NCBI GenBank assembly: GCA_977020255.1
Contig: CDROCS010000506.1
Coordinates: forward strand, 3,162,001-3,226,000
Direction of reading: 5' to 3'
DNA length: 64,000 nt
From: Obrimoposthia wandeli
Taxonomy: Eukaryota
The translations under genes and the position numbers were made by a program. This document shows, in pieces, positions 49,788-59,707 of the stretch (position 1 is the first letter of the stretch; the number at the start of each line of letters is the position of its first letter). The notes below the pieces were generated by a model that saw only the letters and a list, made by a program, of their open reading frames with translations, was not told the DNA's origin and searched no databases.

Positions 49788-50948
49788 CTATTGAGCTATG
49801 GGCTTATGTACTTGCTGATACAATACATACACCGCAATTAAGGGGATAACCGCCCAGTAAACCTGATTTAAGCTAAAGGTTGTTAAAGTCGATAGCGTAG
49901 ATAAACCAGCAAAAAATAACACGATACCCAATTGAGAATACAGACTCTTGCTAATTAAATAATGGTAGTTCGCTTGTTGCTTAGCTTTATCATAGAAACG
50001 TTTATTGAAGTATAAGCGAAACAGCGCGGTAGCAAAGGCAATACTCAATAACCCTAAACCAATCGCAAACCCGCTCCAATCTGCTGATATCCACCCACGC
50101 AGTAACCAACCACCAAGATAAAGTAATGTGGCGACTTGATATAATCGGTATTGAGGTTGCTTGTCTATCGTATTCTTAATGAAGTAAAAAATAACGGCTA
50201 AAGCTAACGAAAGTGCTATTACAGTTAAGCTAAATTGGCTGGTATCACTATTTGTTAGATGATAAATACTCACCACCCACAGGTAGCTTTCAAGGTATAG
50301 AAACGGTCCATCAACGAGAAAAACTAGCTTATCACGTAGGCTGATCACTGATTTAGGTTGTACGTGATCGCTCTGTTGATAAACAAAAGTTTGGGTCGTG
50401 AGTGAGCTTAGGGTCATCGCGCAAAAACCAACACCGACAATAAGCGTTAAAGTGAAAATAACCCAAGGTTGAGTTTGCATGAAATAGCCACCAAACAAGA
50501 TCCCTAACTTAAGGCTTAAGCCCAATATTAACTGTAAGTTACCGAACAAGCGTCCGGTGTTATTGCTACCACTAATACTGTTAAACAAGATGCGTTGTAA
50601 CATCCAATAGCTGCAATTAAACAGACCATTAAGCAATCCGAGTATGATTAAGTTAGTACTGGCGACATGAAATAGGGCGACGTAGATAAGGCTGAGCTCA
50701 AACACGAATGATAAAACGATTAAAGTGCGCCAGTAACCGCGTGTGAACAGCTGATGCCAGCCCCACAAGGCCATTACAAACCCAGCACCTGTCCAAGCTA
50801 TAAACTCCGTCAGTGGCGCTAGGTGTTGGTATTGTTGCCAGATAAGAATGGGCAGATAGAAAGGCAAAAGGCCAATCACAAAACTGTGAATGGCCGAGAA
50901 TAACGTAAAATAGCTGGCTGGAGCCAGCTTAGAAGGTAACAGGGACAT
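49788..50948 (-). CDS. MFS-type transporter
   Basis: About 12 hydrophobic segments in two halves; start overlaps the upstream stop. Confidence 0.75.
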   Translation of the reverse strand: MSLLPSKLAPASYFTLFSAIHSFVIGLLPFYLPILIWQQYQHLAPLTEFIAWTGAGFVMALWGWHQLFTRGYWRTLIVLSFVFELSLIYVALFHVASTNLIILGLLNGLFNCSYWMLQRILFNSISGSNNTGRLFGNLQLILGLSLKLGILFGGYFMQTQPWVIFTLTLIVGVGFCAMTLSSLTTQTFVYQQSDHVQPKSVISLRDKLVFLVDGPFLYLESYLWVVSIYHLTNSDTSQFSLTVIALSLALAVIFYFIKNTIDKQPQYRLYQVATLLYLGGWLLRGWISADWSGFAIGLGLLSIAFATALFRLYFNKRFYDKAKQQANYHYLISKSLYSQLGIVLFFAGLSTLSTLTTFSLNQVYWAVIPLIAVYVLYQQVHKPIAQ

Positions 50949-51856
50949 TAGAAAATGTCTGCTTGCTGATTCGTTGCAACGCTAATCAATCCTAAGTGCT
51001 CAGAAAGGTCATCTGCTTCACCATAGCGTGGGTAGTTGTGCATTTTTAAATAGGGACGTGAATTTACTTCAAGGAAAATGAGCTTTTGTTCGCGGGCATC
51101 ATGTTCAATACCTTGCTCCATGATCACATCAATACCTAAGATCTCAGCATCAAATAAATCCAATACCTTAGCAAACAATTCATGGTTGTACGCAGGGATA
51201 AGATCTCGTTGAATCGTTTCAACTACGCCACCGGGTGCTAACGAAATACGATAAAACAATTCAACTTGCTGCTGGTCTTCAGGAACCGAAGATAAAGTTA
51301 ACCCTTGTTTAGCAAGATAAGCGACCGTTTGTTGACCCTGAGATATCGGGTTATTACATGGGTATAGCCCCATTTTTTCACGGATCGCATTTTCTGATTC
51401 GATTAATGCGCTGATAGTATTGATGCCATCACCTTTAACAAACGCAGGGTAGCGCTGTAATACCGAAATAACCCCAGCTTTGGTGATCACTACGCGGTAG
51501 TTTTTACCTTGTAAATATTGTTCTACTACCGTTGTTGGCCACCACAATTTAGCCAGGAATATAGCACGCCAGAGTTCTTTATTATTACGGATAGGGAAGT
51601 GACTACCACGAGAAAAACCACTAACGTTGGGTTTTATCACTAACGGAAAGCCATGTTCTTTAGCAAATTTTATCGCCGTAAACGGGTTAAAGAAAATCGT
51701 GCCTTGTGCATGCGGAATATCACCAGCAGCAAACTTATCACGGGCTTGTTTCTTTGAGCGACAACCGCGACGGACTTCTAGGCTGTTGTAGTTACTACAG
51801 CCATCCATGAATTTGCTACTGATCCATTTGTAAATGAGTTGTTTTATTAGTTTCAT
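50948..51856 (-). CDS. ATP-grasp ligase resembling the cyanophycin synthetase/GshF ATP-grasp domain
   Basis: PLVIKP, VVEQYLQGKNYRV, GIDVI, LEVNSRP; no Mur-ligase domain. Confidence 0.85.
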   Translation of the reverse strand: MKLIKQLIYKWISSKFMDGCSNYNSLEVRRGCRSKKQARDKFAAGDIPHAQGTIFFNPFTAIKFAKEHGFPLVIKPNVSGFSRGSHFPIRNNKELWRAIFLAKLWWPTTVVEQYLQGKNYRVVITKAGVISVLQRYPAFVKGDGINTISALIESENAIREKMGLYPCNNPISQGQQTVAYLAKQGLTLSSVPEDQQQVELFYRISLAPGGVVETIQRDLIPAYNHELFAKVLDLFDAEILGIDVIMEQGIEHDAREQKLIFLEVNSRPYLKMHNYPRYGEADDLSEHLGLISVATNQQADIF

Positions 51857-52688
51857 CTTGATTCAAAATCCTTGTATTTTGACCCCGTCTGGCGGCGATC
51901 AACTTATTAAAAAATATACCTTGCGTTACTTTGGTGCTGTTTAGCTGCTGGGCTAAATGAGCAAGAGAATGCGTGGTTTTATACAGTAACTGGTATTTCT
52001 GTAAACGGGTCAAATTATCACTTAATAAACTCAATGGCATAGGTACATATAAATTAACTTCGACGAGTTTAAATTGTCGTTGTAATAATGCCCCAAGTGA
52101 ATCTGCTTTTAAGCTATAGCGGGCTATCGTGAAGTCGCCCATTCGGTTAAGTTCTTGCCATAACTGTTGTTGTTCTGTCGATGAAAGCTGTTCGGTAATA
52201 TCTTGGTAGCGAGTATCATTATTATAAATACCATTCACCGGGAATTTATCGGTGCTGGCATTGATTACTTGGGTTATCGACATTACTGCAAACTGCCCCG
52301 TTTTTATTGGGTGTTTAACAACGAACACTTCAAACTCAATCGCACCAATAGCAGCTTCTTGAATTAAATAACTCTGCACTTGATAACCCGGACTTGCTCT
52401 TAATGCTTCAAGTTCTGCGGCGTTATGGATACAGCAGACACCTGTTGAATTTTGTCCCCATTCTGGTTTTGCGAATACCGGGTAGTGGGCAGGGACAAGC
52501 TCAGGCCTATCAATATACTGGTTTAAACGCCACTCTACAGGCGTTATGGCATCTAAATCTTGCTTTGAGAATATCTTTTTTTGACGATTGAAGTAACGTG
52601 CATTCAATTGGAAATAGCGCCACGGAATAGTCAAAAATCGTAAGCAAAATACCATGTAATGTAATATTAATAAGGCACGTATAAGCAT
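51816..52688 (-). CDS. Second, divergent ATP-grasp protein
   Basis: YPVFAKPEWG, YLIQE, EFEVF, RYSLKA, LVEVN. Confidence 0.75.
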   Translation of the reverse strand: MLIRALLILHYMVFCLRFLTIPWRYFQLNARYFNRQKKIFSKQDLDAITPVEWRLNQYIDRPELVPAHYPVFAKPEWGQNSTGVCCIHNAAELEALRASPGYQVQSYLIQEAAIGAIEFEVFVVKHPIKTGQFAVMSITQVINASTDKFPVNGIYNNDTRYQDITEQLSSTEQQQLWQELNRMGDFTIARYSLKADSLGALLQRQFKLVEVNLYVPMPLSLLSDNLTRLQKYQLLYKTTHSLAHLAQQLNSTKVTQGIFFNKLIAARRGQNTRILNQDETNKTTHLQMDQ

Positions 52689-52692
52689 AGGA

Positions 52693-53196
52693 TCACTCTG
52701 CTTTAATTAATTTTAAGTTAATGGCACATAATACCAAGCCTAGAATAAGGATAGAGACTGCCGCCATAAATAATGAGCCTCCGTCACTTTTACCTTCATG
52801 AAGCACTTCAACACCTAACGGGGTAAAGAGATGAAAGAATACCGCACCAGCCATGATCCCTGATGATGCTAAACCGCCTACGGCATGAATTTTAGCGCGT
52901 AAAAGCGCACTATTTTGACCAGACATTTTATCTTTTAGCAATAACACCAAAGGGCTGAGTAATAACAAACTTGTCGCTAATTCAGCACTGCCTACTGCAA
53001 TGGCACCGTATTGAGTAAAGAAACTGCCTAAATCAACAGACAGGGTGGTTGCCATCCATGAACCAATGGTAGAGAAGATATGCATGGTATCTGGGTGACC
53101 AGAGAACTTGTATGGTATTGATGATAAAAATACTTTAGCAATCCAAGCTACAATCACCCAGTTAGCGATAGTGTAAATACGTTTTTTTGTTAGCAT
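52693..53196 (-). CDS. DoxX-like membrane protein
   Basis: YKFSGHPDTMHIF, AELA, GAVFFHLFTPLG; about four TM segments. Confidence 0.75.
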   Translation of the reverse strand: MLTKKRIYTIANWVIVAWIAKVFLSSIPYKFSGHPDTMHIFSTIGSWMATTLSVDLGSFFTQYGAIAVGSAELATSLLLLSPLVLLLKDKMSGQNSALLRAKIHAVGGLASSGIMAGAVFFHLFTPLGVEVLHEGKSDGGSLFMAAVSILILGLVLCAINLKLIKAE

Positions 53197-53263
53197 ATCA
53201 AATGTCCTTTTAATTATGTTTATATTCCATCACTCTGTGGCGACTTATTCAGTACAATTCAGT

Positions 53264-53707
53264 TTAGTTCAATACGTGTGGCCAGTTTTGATCAGCTTTT
53301 TCAATAAAGTTTAGTTTGTCTGCTAACCATTGCTGTTTAATATCAGCATTATAATTTAAATAAAGCTTACCATCTTCGATGGTCCACTGCGTTGGATCTG
53401 ACGATGCAGTATCGTTTTTAGCCACGGCAAAGGCACAGTAACCGCCATATTGTGGTGCATATTTTGCTGGATCTTGTTTGAATAAAGCCAGATGTTGGCT
53501 GTTGCTAAAATACCAGTCTTCACCTTGGTATTCATAGCTGAATTTTTTCAAGCCTTTCACTGCTTTAGATTGGGTGAAATAAGCAACAGTATCGTATCCG
53601 CTTACCGCTTCACTGCTAAAATAACCTGTGTAGATTGGATCTTTAGCAAAACTGTTAAATGATAAGAGTAGGCTGCTGATAGCTAACAACTTTATTATAT
53701 ATTTCAT
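53264..53707 (-). CDS. YHS domain-containing secreted protein
   Basis: Signal peptide; SGYDTVAYF, F..DPAKYAPQYGGYCA, GKLYLN. Confidence 0.88.
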   Translation of the reverse strand: MKYIIKLLAISSLLLSFNSFAKDPIYTGYFSSEAVSGYDTVAYFTQSKAVKGLKKFSYEYQGEDWYFSNSQHLALFKQDPAKYAPQYGGYCAFAVAKNDTASSDPTQWTIEDGKLYLNYNADIKQQWLADKLNFIEKADQNWPHVLN

Positions 53708-53895
53708 ATCAATCCATCCATCGTGTCTGTTATCTAGTGAGGTATGCACTAGCTGTTGTATATACTATAGCGGTAATTAGATTTATAATTATCACGAAGT
53801 TATCACAATTTAATAGCAAAACAGTGCATCGTGATAAATTTGGTGCTGTTTGCCCCCATTGTTTATTGTTTGCTGTTCTTTACCAAGGTTATTTT

Positions 53896-54138
53896 ATGGA
53901 TTTTTATACGTTAGCATTAGGTCTATTCATGTTTTGTCACGGCGGTTATATTTTAGTCACACGTGCTAAAGCAAAACATCAAAAAGCTCGTTTAGACTTT
54001 ATGACCAAAGCATTAGGTCGACCATTTGGTTTGACCATTTATTCTCTTATATATGTCATCCTACCAATTGTGTTTGGTGCATATATATCGTACGCGGGTA
54101 TCAATAATGTGCCATTAAGTGCATTATTTGCAGGTTAA
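53896..54138 (+). CDS. 80-aa two-TM hypothetical protein
   Basis: aagg RBS; two hydrophobic helices; the upstream part of the called ORF overlaps the YHS gene start. Confidence 0.7.
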   Translation: MDFYTLALGLFMFCHGGYILVTRAKAKHQKARLDFMTKALGRPFGLTIYSLIYVILPIVFGAYISYAGINNVPLSALFAG

Positions 54139-54155
54139 TATCCTGAGGAACAAAC

Positions 54156-54815
54156 ATGTCTGATAAAGAAAAAGCCTATAACGTGAATATGTTGAATCTC
54201 GTTAGAGAAGGTTTAACGGCGTTATCTGATGCGCAAGCAGAAAAACGCAGCTTACAGAATCCAGTTTCAGAAACACATTTTCTGGGTAATTGGATCATCA
54301 CAGCGCTTAAAGAGAAGCGCTTTGATATCATTTTAGCGGGTGATTTAAGAATTTGGTTGCAAGAAAGCCGAACATTGGGGCCAAAAGCTGATTTTAAACA
54401 GCGTTTTGAGACAATTGAACGTGTTTATACCCAGATCTGCGAACTGGAATATAAGAATTTAACTCAGTTTATTTTAGAAGATATTTTAACTGAGCTTGCG
54501 ACAGAAGGCTGGTTGATTGAAACTGAAAGTAATGTCACGGATAAGTTTAAATTAAGCTCAAGTGGTGAAAATTCACTGGTTATTTGTGCTGAAGTTTATG
54601 ACCGTGCGTTCTCTGATACCGATGGTGTATTAGATTGTCCACTTTCTGTGTTTATTCGTCACGGTGATCAGGCATTTATTGATAAAATGTACTCACACGG
54701 TTACTTAGTGTTTGGTTCAACGAATCGTTCGATTGTAAAACGTCATAACCGTTATATCTTACGTCCGTTTAATCACGCTAAAAAATTAGCTATTTTACCG
54801 ACGTTAGCAGACTAA
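54156..54815 (+). CDS. DUF2913-family protein
   Basis: ETHFLGNWIITALKEKRF..LAGDL pattern; gagga RBS. Confidence 0.65.
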   Translation: MSDKEKAYNVNMLNLVREGLTALSDAQAEKRSLQNPVSETHFLGNWIITALKEKRFDIILAGDLRIWLQESRTLGPKADFKQRFETIERVYTQICELEYKNLTQFILEDILTELATEGWLIETESNVTDKFKLSSSGENSLVICAEVYDRAFSDTDGVLDCPLSVFIRHGDQAFIDKMYSHGYLVFGSTNRSIVKRHNRYILRPFNHAKKLAILPTLAD

Positions 54816-54869
54816 TTTAGCCTGCTATACAACAGGGATGATCTTGATTATCCCTGTATGATTTTGCTA

Positions 54870-55343
54870 TTAAATACCTTGTTTACCCGCTTCGATAACG
54901 ACACTTTCTTTCTCTGCTATTACTGCTTTGTCTGATAACACTAATCTAGCTGGATACTGTTCTGGTAATGGTTTCAATAAACTAAATATTTGTGAAAACA
55001 TCACTAGCACAAAAGTAATAAACAAATAGAAGTGCTGGATATCAGGTAACGGTAATATCACGCTAAACAAAATAAAGATGAGTGCAAATTTACAAGCATG
55101 ACCGAGGATCATAAACGTATTGGCGCGCATCATATTTGCTGAGCCGGTATACAAAAATGATAATCGGGTAAAGATGTATTGTGGAACCAAGAAGATCATC
55201 CCACCTAACGCAGCAGAGCGTGTCGATTTATGATCGGTACCAAGGTAAGTTGCTGAAACTATAAATATGACTAACAACAACTGACCTAAAATAAGCTTTA
55301 GTGCGTAACCTCTGATGGCTAATTCATATGCATTATGTGGCAT
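54870..55343 (-). CDS. AtpI-like (ATP synthase protein I) membrane protein, orphan
   Basis: A.KLILGQL, SAALGG...VP...F, GHACKFAL; four TM segments. Confidence 0.72.
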   Translation of the reverse strand: MPHNAYELAIRGYALKLILGQLLLVIFIVSATYLGTDHKSTRSAALGGMIFLVPQYIFTRLSFLYTGSANMMRANTFMILGHACKFALIFILFSVILPLPDIQHFYLFITFVLVMFSQIFSLLKPLPEQYPARLVLSDKAVIAEKESVVIEAGKQGI

Positions 55344-55576
55344 TTACAGCTGATCCTCCAACGATATTAAATGAATTATACGATTGCCATTTTACCTCTT
55401 TCTACCTACACCTGCATAGCTAATCTTACGTTCTCTGATTAAAATAAGATAAATAATTGATCTGTATAACTAACTATTTTTAAACATTGTCACGGTTCAA
55501 TTTTGGTATTAGGTTATTGAGCAGGGGATAAAATGACGGCTACCTGATAATACCAAGCAGCCGAGGTTTTGCTGGT

Positions 55577-56140
55577 TCAGTTATCTAGCATGTCCTGTTT
55601 TAAGGACTTATCCGTTGGTTTGTCGCCGAGCCAGATTGCCAACACGGTTTTTCTAAAGTCTTCACCGGATGTGATAGACATAAACTCGCCATTTTTATAA
55701 TTAATCAAACCTTCACCTGGCACGCTCAGAAGCGTAAATTGATCACCTTTTTGAATCGGTTCTGCAAAGGTGTTAATAAAGTCAGCTATTTTGGTATCAA
55801 GGTTGCTACTCTTCTCTGTAGTTGCCAGTTCAAAACCTTCCTTCATTGCCTTGATCATTTTTTCTGAAGTGATCATATTTGAAGTAATGTTTAAGCGAAT
55901 CGCTACTGCTTCATCACTATTAATAACGGCATCGCCTTGACTCAGCTTTTCAGTGGTAAATAATGAACCAACATATAAATCAATAAAAAACTTGCTGCGA
56001 ATGCCAGCACCATTTAACTGTAAATTTTCACCTTGTGGCGTAATGCTGTCTGGTACGCTGACGCCTGAAATCTCAGTTGCTGCTTGAAGACCAGTGCTCA
56101 TCATTAATAGGGTTGTTAGTACCAAAGCTTTTTTTTTCAT
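55577..56140 (-). CDS. Chalcone isomerase-like (fatty-acid-binding fold) protein
   Basis: Signal peptide; LNGAGIRSKFFIDLYVGSL, IWLGDKP. Confidence 0.88.
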   Translation of the reverse strand: MKKKALVLTTLLMMSTGLQAATEISGVSVPDSITPQGENLQLNGAGIRSKFFIDLYVGSLFTTEKLSQGDAVINSDEAVAIRLNITSNMITSEKMIKAMKEGFELATTEKSSNLDTKIADFINTFAEPIQKGDQFTLLSVPGEGLINYKNGEFMSITSGEDFRKTVLAIWLGDKPTDKSLKQDMLDN

Positions 56141-56225
56141 TGTATTATTCCTGATATTATTTATTCGTCATGTAATCAGGCTATATCGATACTTAAATAT
56201 AAATACAGCCTTTCTTTATCGTGAA

Positions 56226-57059
56226 TTAGAATGCGTAGTTGTAACCAACCGCGTAGCTATCATCACTCGACTCACCATCATCACCGCGATAAATAAGCGT
56301 TACATTCTGGCGGTCTGTTAATTGATAACCTAGGGTTAGATCATATTTGGCATTGGCCATTTGCAAGCCGCCATCCGCAATATCGTCAGACCATGATTTA
56401 CCATCAATATCAGTGGTATAAGAATAGCTACCAAGCGCCCAAAGTTGATCCGTAATTGCGTATCGAGCGTAAACCATACCCGTTAGCACCGTTGATGCAA
56501 TATCGGTGTTACTCCCACTGGATACGGGGATATCTGGAATACCGATGAGATCATCATTACTTTCGACAATGACGCCACCAACATAAACAATTGGCCAGAG
56601 ATAGAAACTATCACCAATTGGAATCGTCATATTCGGGCCTGTTTGCACCACCGTCATGTTGCCAAAGAACGGGTGTTCGGCATTCACTGCATCAATTGAC
56701 CAGCCTAAACCATTTTGGGTGTTGATCGTGCCCCAGCGAAGGCGGTAAGAACGAGCACTGACTTCATCTTTCGTGAGGGGGTTAATGGCGTCAGCATCTT
56801 CGTTAAACATATTTTTAGCTTCAAAAATCACCCCTGTTTTTTGCGTTGCAGTACTTGAAAGCATCAACATGCCTTTAAAATCTAACCCCGCATTACCGTA
56901 AGAGAGACCGAGTGTAGTATATACATCTGTAGGGTTTGACATGTCGATTTCAGCTTTGTTTTCGTTAGCGGTTGTGGCTGTTGCTATTGTTTCTGCTGCC
57001 ACTGCCATCGCTGAAGATATTGACGTTAAGATTGCTAGGCTAATGATTGTTTTTTTCAT
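56226..57059 (-). CDS. Outer-membrane beta-barrel hypothetical protein
   Basis: Signal peptide; DMSNPT; C-terminal GYNYAF barrel signature. Confidence 0.72.
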   Translation of the reverse strand: MKKTIISLAILTSISSAMAVAAETIATATTANENKAEIDMSNPTDVYTTLGLSYGNAGLDFKGMLMLSSTATQKTGVIFEAKNMFNEDADAINPLTKDEVSARSYRLRWGTINTQNGLGWSIDAVNAEHPFFGNMTVVQTGPNMTIPIGDSFYLWPIVYVGGVIVESNDDLIGIPDIPVSSGSNTDIASTVLTGMVYARYAITDQLWALGSYSYTTDIDGKSWSDDIADGGLQMANAKYDLTLGYQLTDRQNVTLIYRGDDGESSDDSYAVGYNYAF

Positions 57060-57134
57060 AATTGACTCCGTTCATCACTATGATTAGATAGAATATTTAT
57101 GGTTAATACGTGCAGATTGGGCTCTGGATTAATA

Positions 57135-58319
57135 TTATGCTGTTGCTTTAGTCTGTTGACGTTGCTGCCATTTCTTGCTGAAGAATATGTATGCATACAC
57201 GCCATTGATGATAAAACTCGCGGCGCCAGCTGCTAGCATCAATTCATCATTACGTGGCATGGCGACGACATTACTTTCAAACATCGCGGGGTTGGTGAAG
57301 TAATACATAAATGAACCAGCGAGTGTGAATGCTCGAGCTTGCAACCAAGTGCCTTTTTTGATGAACAGCGCAGGGATAGTTGCTGATACCAACACCATCA
57401 TTTGTGCTGTCGCAGAGCCGGGGAAGTTTAAATAAACAAAGACAATATTCCATACATCATAAGCGATGATCCAGAAGATCGTCATTGCTGGCCAAATCAT
57501 ATCGCGTTCTTTGCTTTTGTCTGCTTGGATACTCATCCAGCCTGTTAAGGTGATAATGGATAGAATACCGCCAATTGCGTTAAGTACATTGGCCATATTA
57601 CCCATGCTAAAGTCTTGCATTACGGCTTCGGAAATATTAATGGCAAGGAAGGCTGCGGCGCCAAATTTTGCCCATTTCATGTTACCTATTTTAGTAAAGC
57701 GGATCAGTGTAAACAACGCTGCTGCCCCCACCACAGAATACAATTTCACCCACTTGAACCAATACGTCACGTCATAACTCGACCACAATGGGATAAGTAC
57801 AATCGGTAGGATGAAAAACAGTAAGTAGTTACTCCATACAACGCGTCGACATATTTCGTTAAGTAGCATTAAGCCAAACAAAACTAATAATACGTGGCCA
57901 AAAGCGCGGTATTTATACCATTTGTGTATTATAAATGCGTCGCCATCCAAGTTAAATTTAACCCGATCATCAGCATAAAATGTCAATGTTGCGCCGTCAA
58001 AATCTTTGATTTTAGAATCAACATGGCTGGTAATGATGATGCGGTTATCTTGTTGCTGCCAAGTTTGCAATTCGCTGTGGTTAAAACCACCGGACTGTTT
58101 GATGACGGTTACCTGATTGTTCTCTGCAAACTCTAAACGATAAAGCATGCTCCCTTCACCTGGTTTACCATCACGTGTACCTTGCCAGACTGTGTCTTTT
58201 ATATCGCTCACATAAGTCATGTCGTTGCTGATAGTAGTCGCGTTAACGCCACTAGCGAAAAATATGAGTAGCAATGATCCGATTGCTATAAACATAGAAT
58301 TAATCTTGTTTTTCATCAT
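57135..58319 (-). CDS. DUF5692-like membrane protein with an extra N-terminal extracytoplasmic domain
   Basis: LLNEICRR, WFKWVKLYS, AINISEA, YDVWN, WLQARAFTL. Confidence 0.72.
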   Translation of the reverse strand: MMKNKINSMFIAIGSLLLIFFASGVNATTISNDMTYVSDIKDTVWQGTRDGKPGEGSMLYRLEFAENNQVTVIKQSGGFNHSELQTWQQQDNRIIITSHVDSKIKDFDGATLTFYADDRVKFNLDGDAFIIHKWYKYRAFGHVLLVLFGLMLLNEICRRVVWSNYLLFFILPIVLIPLWSSYDVTYWFKWVKLYSVVGAAALFTLIRFTKIGNMKWAKFGAAAFLAINISEAVMQDFSMGNMANVLNAIGGILSIITLTGWMSIQADKSKERDMIWPAMTIFWIIAYDVWNIVFVYLNFPGSATAQMMVLVSATIPALFIKKGTWLQARAFTLAGSFMYYFTNPAMFESNVVAMPRNDELMLAAGAASFIINGVYAYIFFSKKWQQRQQTKATA

Positions 58320-58389
58320 GATTCTCTCAATCATATAAGGTCAGAGATAGCGCCCATCCACCGGACGCTCTGTTTGTTGTCATGGTTAG

Positions 58390-59298
58390 TTAAGTTTTTG
58401 CTAACCGTCCTGCTGGCGTTGGATTTAACTCGGTGCCTGCGAATTCGCTCAGTAAAGGTTGGTTGTCGCCACAAGGTGGCTCACCTATGGGGTTATTGCG
58501 TTTCTTATTGAAGTACCAGATTGCGAAAGGTACGTGTAATGCTAGGTTTATAGCTCCCCAGAACCACAATACTTGTTCATTCGCCCAGCTAGATGAGTCC
58601 ATTACTGGAGTGAAGATGTCGGAGTTCGCACGCACTAATATATGGAACGCTAACGTATAGATACGGGCTGTAATGTATAGCTCTGGGCGACCTTTGATCA
58701 CGGGGTAGAGTTCGGCTGCGATTAAGATACAGAATGAACTAGCAAAGAAACCGGCATTTTCACCAAATACAAAGGCTAGATTCCAAGTTGTATACAGGAA
58801 GTTCCATGCTGCAGTGGAGTAAAACAAGACATCGTTGGGTTTATTACGGCCGACCACCCAGTACATACGTTGACCATTTTTGTAACGCGGGAACGGAATG
58901 GTTATACATAAGATCACGCCACAAATAGCATTGAAGTAATTGGCGGTCGCGAAGTCTTTGGCGGTTGCTTCGGCAATATTAAGGAATAGTACGGCGTAAA
59001 GAACTTTCAATACCCAGTCACCACGGAAGAATGACAAAAATTTATTAGGGTTATCGTGATAGAGCCAAGCTATACGTGCACCACCAACCACAATCGCTGT
59101 TGGGATCAGCACGCTGACGGTTTTAACCCAACGGAACCAGCCGTCCAGGTTATCTGCCCACAATGGCGCTGTTAATAAAGATAATAGCCAAAATGCCGCG
59201 GTTAACTTAGGTGTTCGACGCATGCCTTCAACTAAGAATAGTAGGAACAATATATAGCAACTCATAGATACAGCGTATTGCCAGACCGGAATATTCAT
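58390..59298 (-). CDS. DUF5692-like membrane protein (paralog)
   Basis: WFRWVKTVS, LNIAEA, YTTWN, YITARIYTL; ggagg RBS. Confidence 0.72.
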   Translation of the reverse strand: MNIPVWQYAVSMSCYILFLLFLVEGMRRTPKLTAAFWLLSLLTAPLWADNLDGWFRWVKTVSVLIPTAIVVGGARIAWLYHDNPNKFLSFFRGDWVLKVLYAVLFLNIAEATAKDFATANYFNAICGVILCITIPFPRYKNGQRMYWVVGRNKPNDVLFYSTAAWNFLYTTWNLAFVFGENAGFFASSFCILIAAELYPVIKGRPELYITARIYTLAFHILVRANSDIFTPVMDSSSWANEQVLWFWGAINLALHVPFAIWYFNKKRNNPIGEPPCGDNQPLLSEFAGTELNPTPAGRLAKT

Positions 59299-59707
59299 AA
59301 TACCTCCAATAAATGTATAACTTCTCAATCCCTTTGTAGAGTATTAACTCTAACTTGGGTTTATGATAACCATTTAGAGTTATTTATTAAGCGATTATGA
59401 TCACAATACTCAGCACTTATAGCCCTAAAGAGTTACATCCTGCTTGCGTTGTGGTTGACTTCACGTTTATTAAACTTTTAGTTGTTCGCTGCAGCATGTC
59501 GCGTGTTATTAACTTGATATTTAATTGGCATGTCGATATATGAATGAATAGAAAGATGAAAAATAGATAGAAGAGCAGAATCGACAGTTGTTAATTAAAG
59601 ATAAGGTTATGTACAGTAAAGATAATGCTGGTAGGAGGGCATTTTGTTAGCATTAAGACAATCGCGAAATAACCACTAAAGTAATGACTATCAAGGAACT
59701 GATGAGC

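Noticed and set aside
50948-51856. True cyanophycin synthetase CphA
   Set aside because: Only ~300 aa with a single ATP-grasp region; no Mur-ligase domain and no cyanophycinase adjacent
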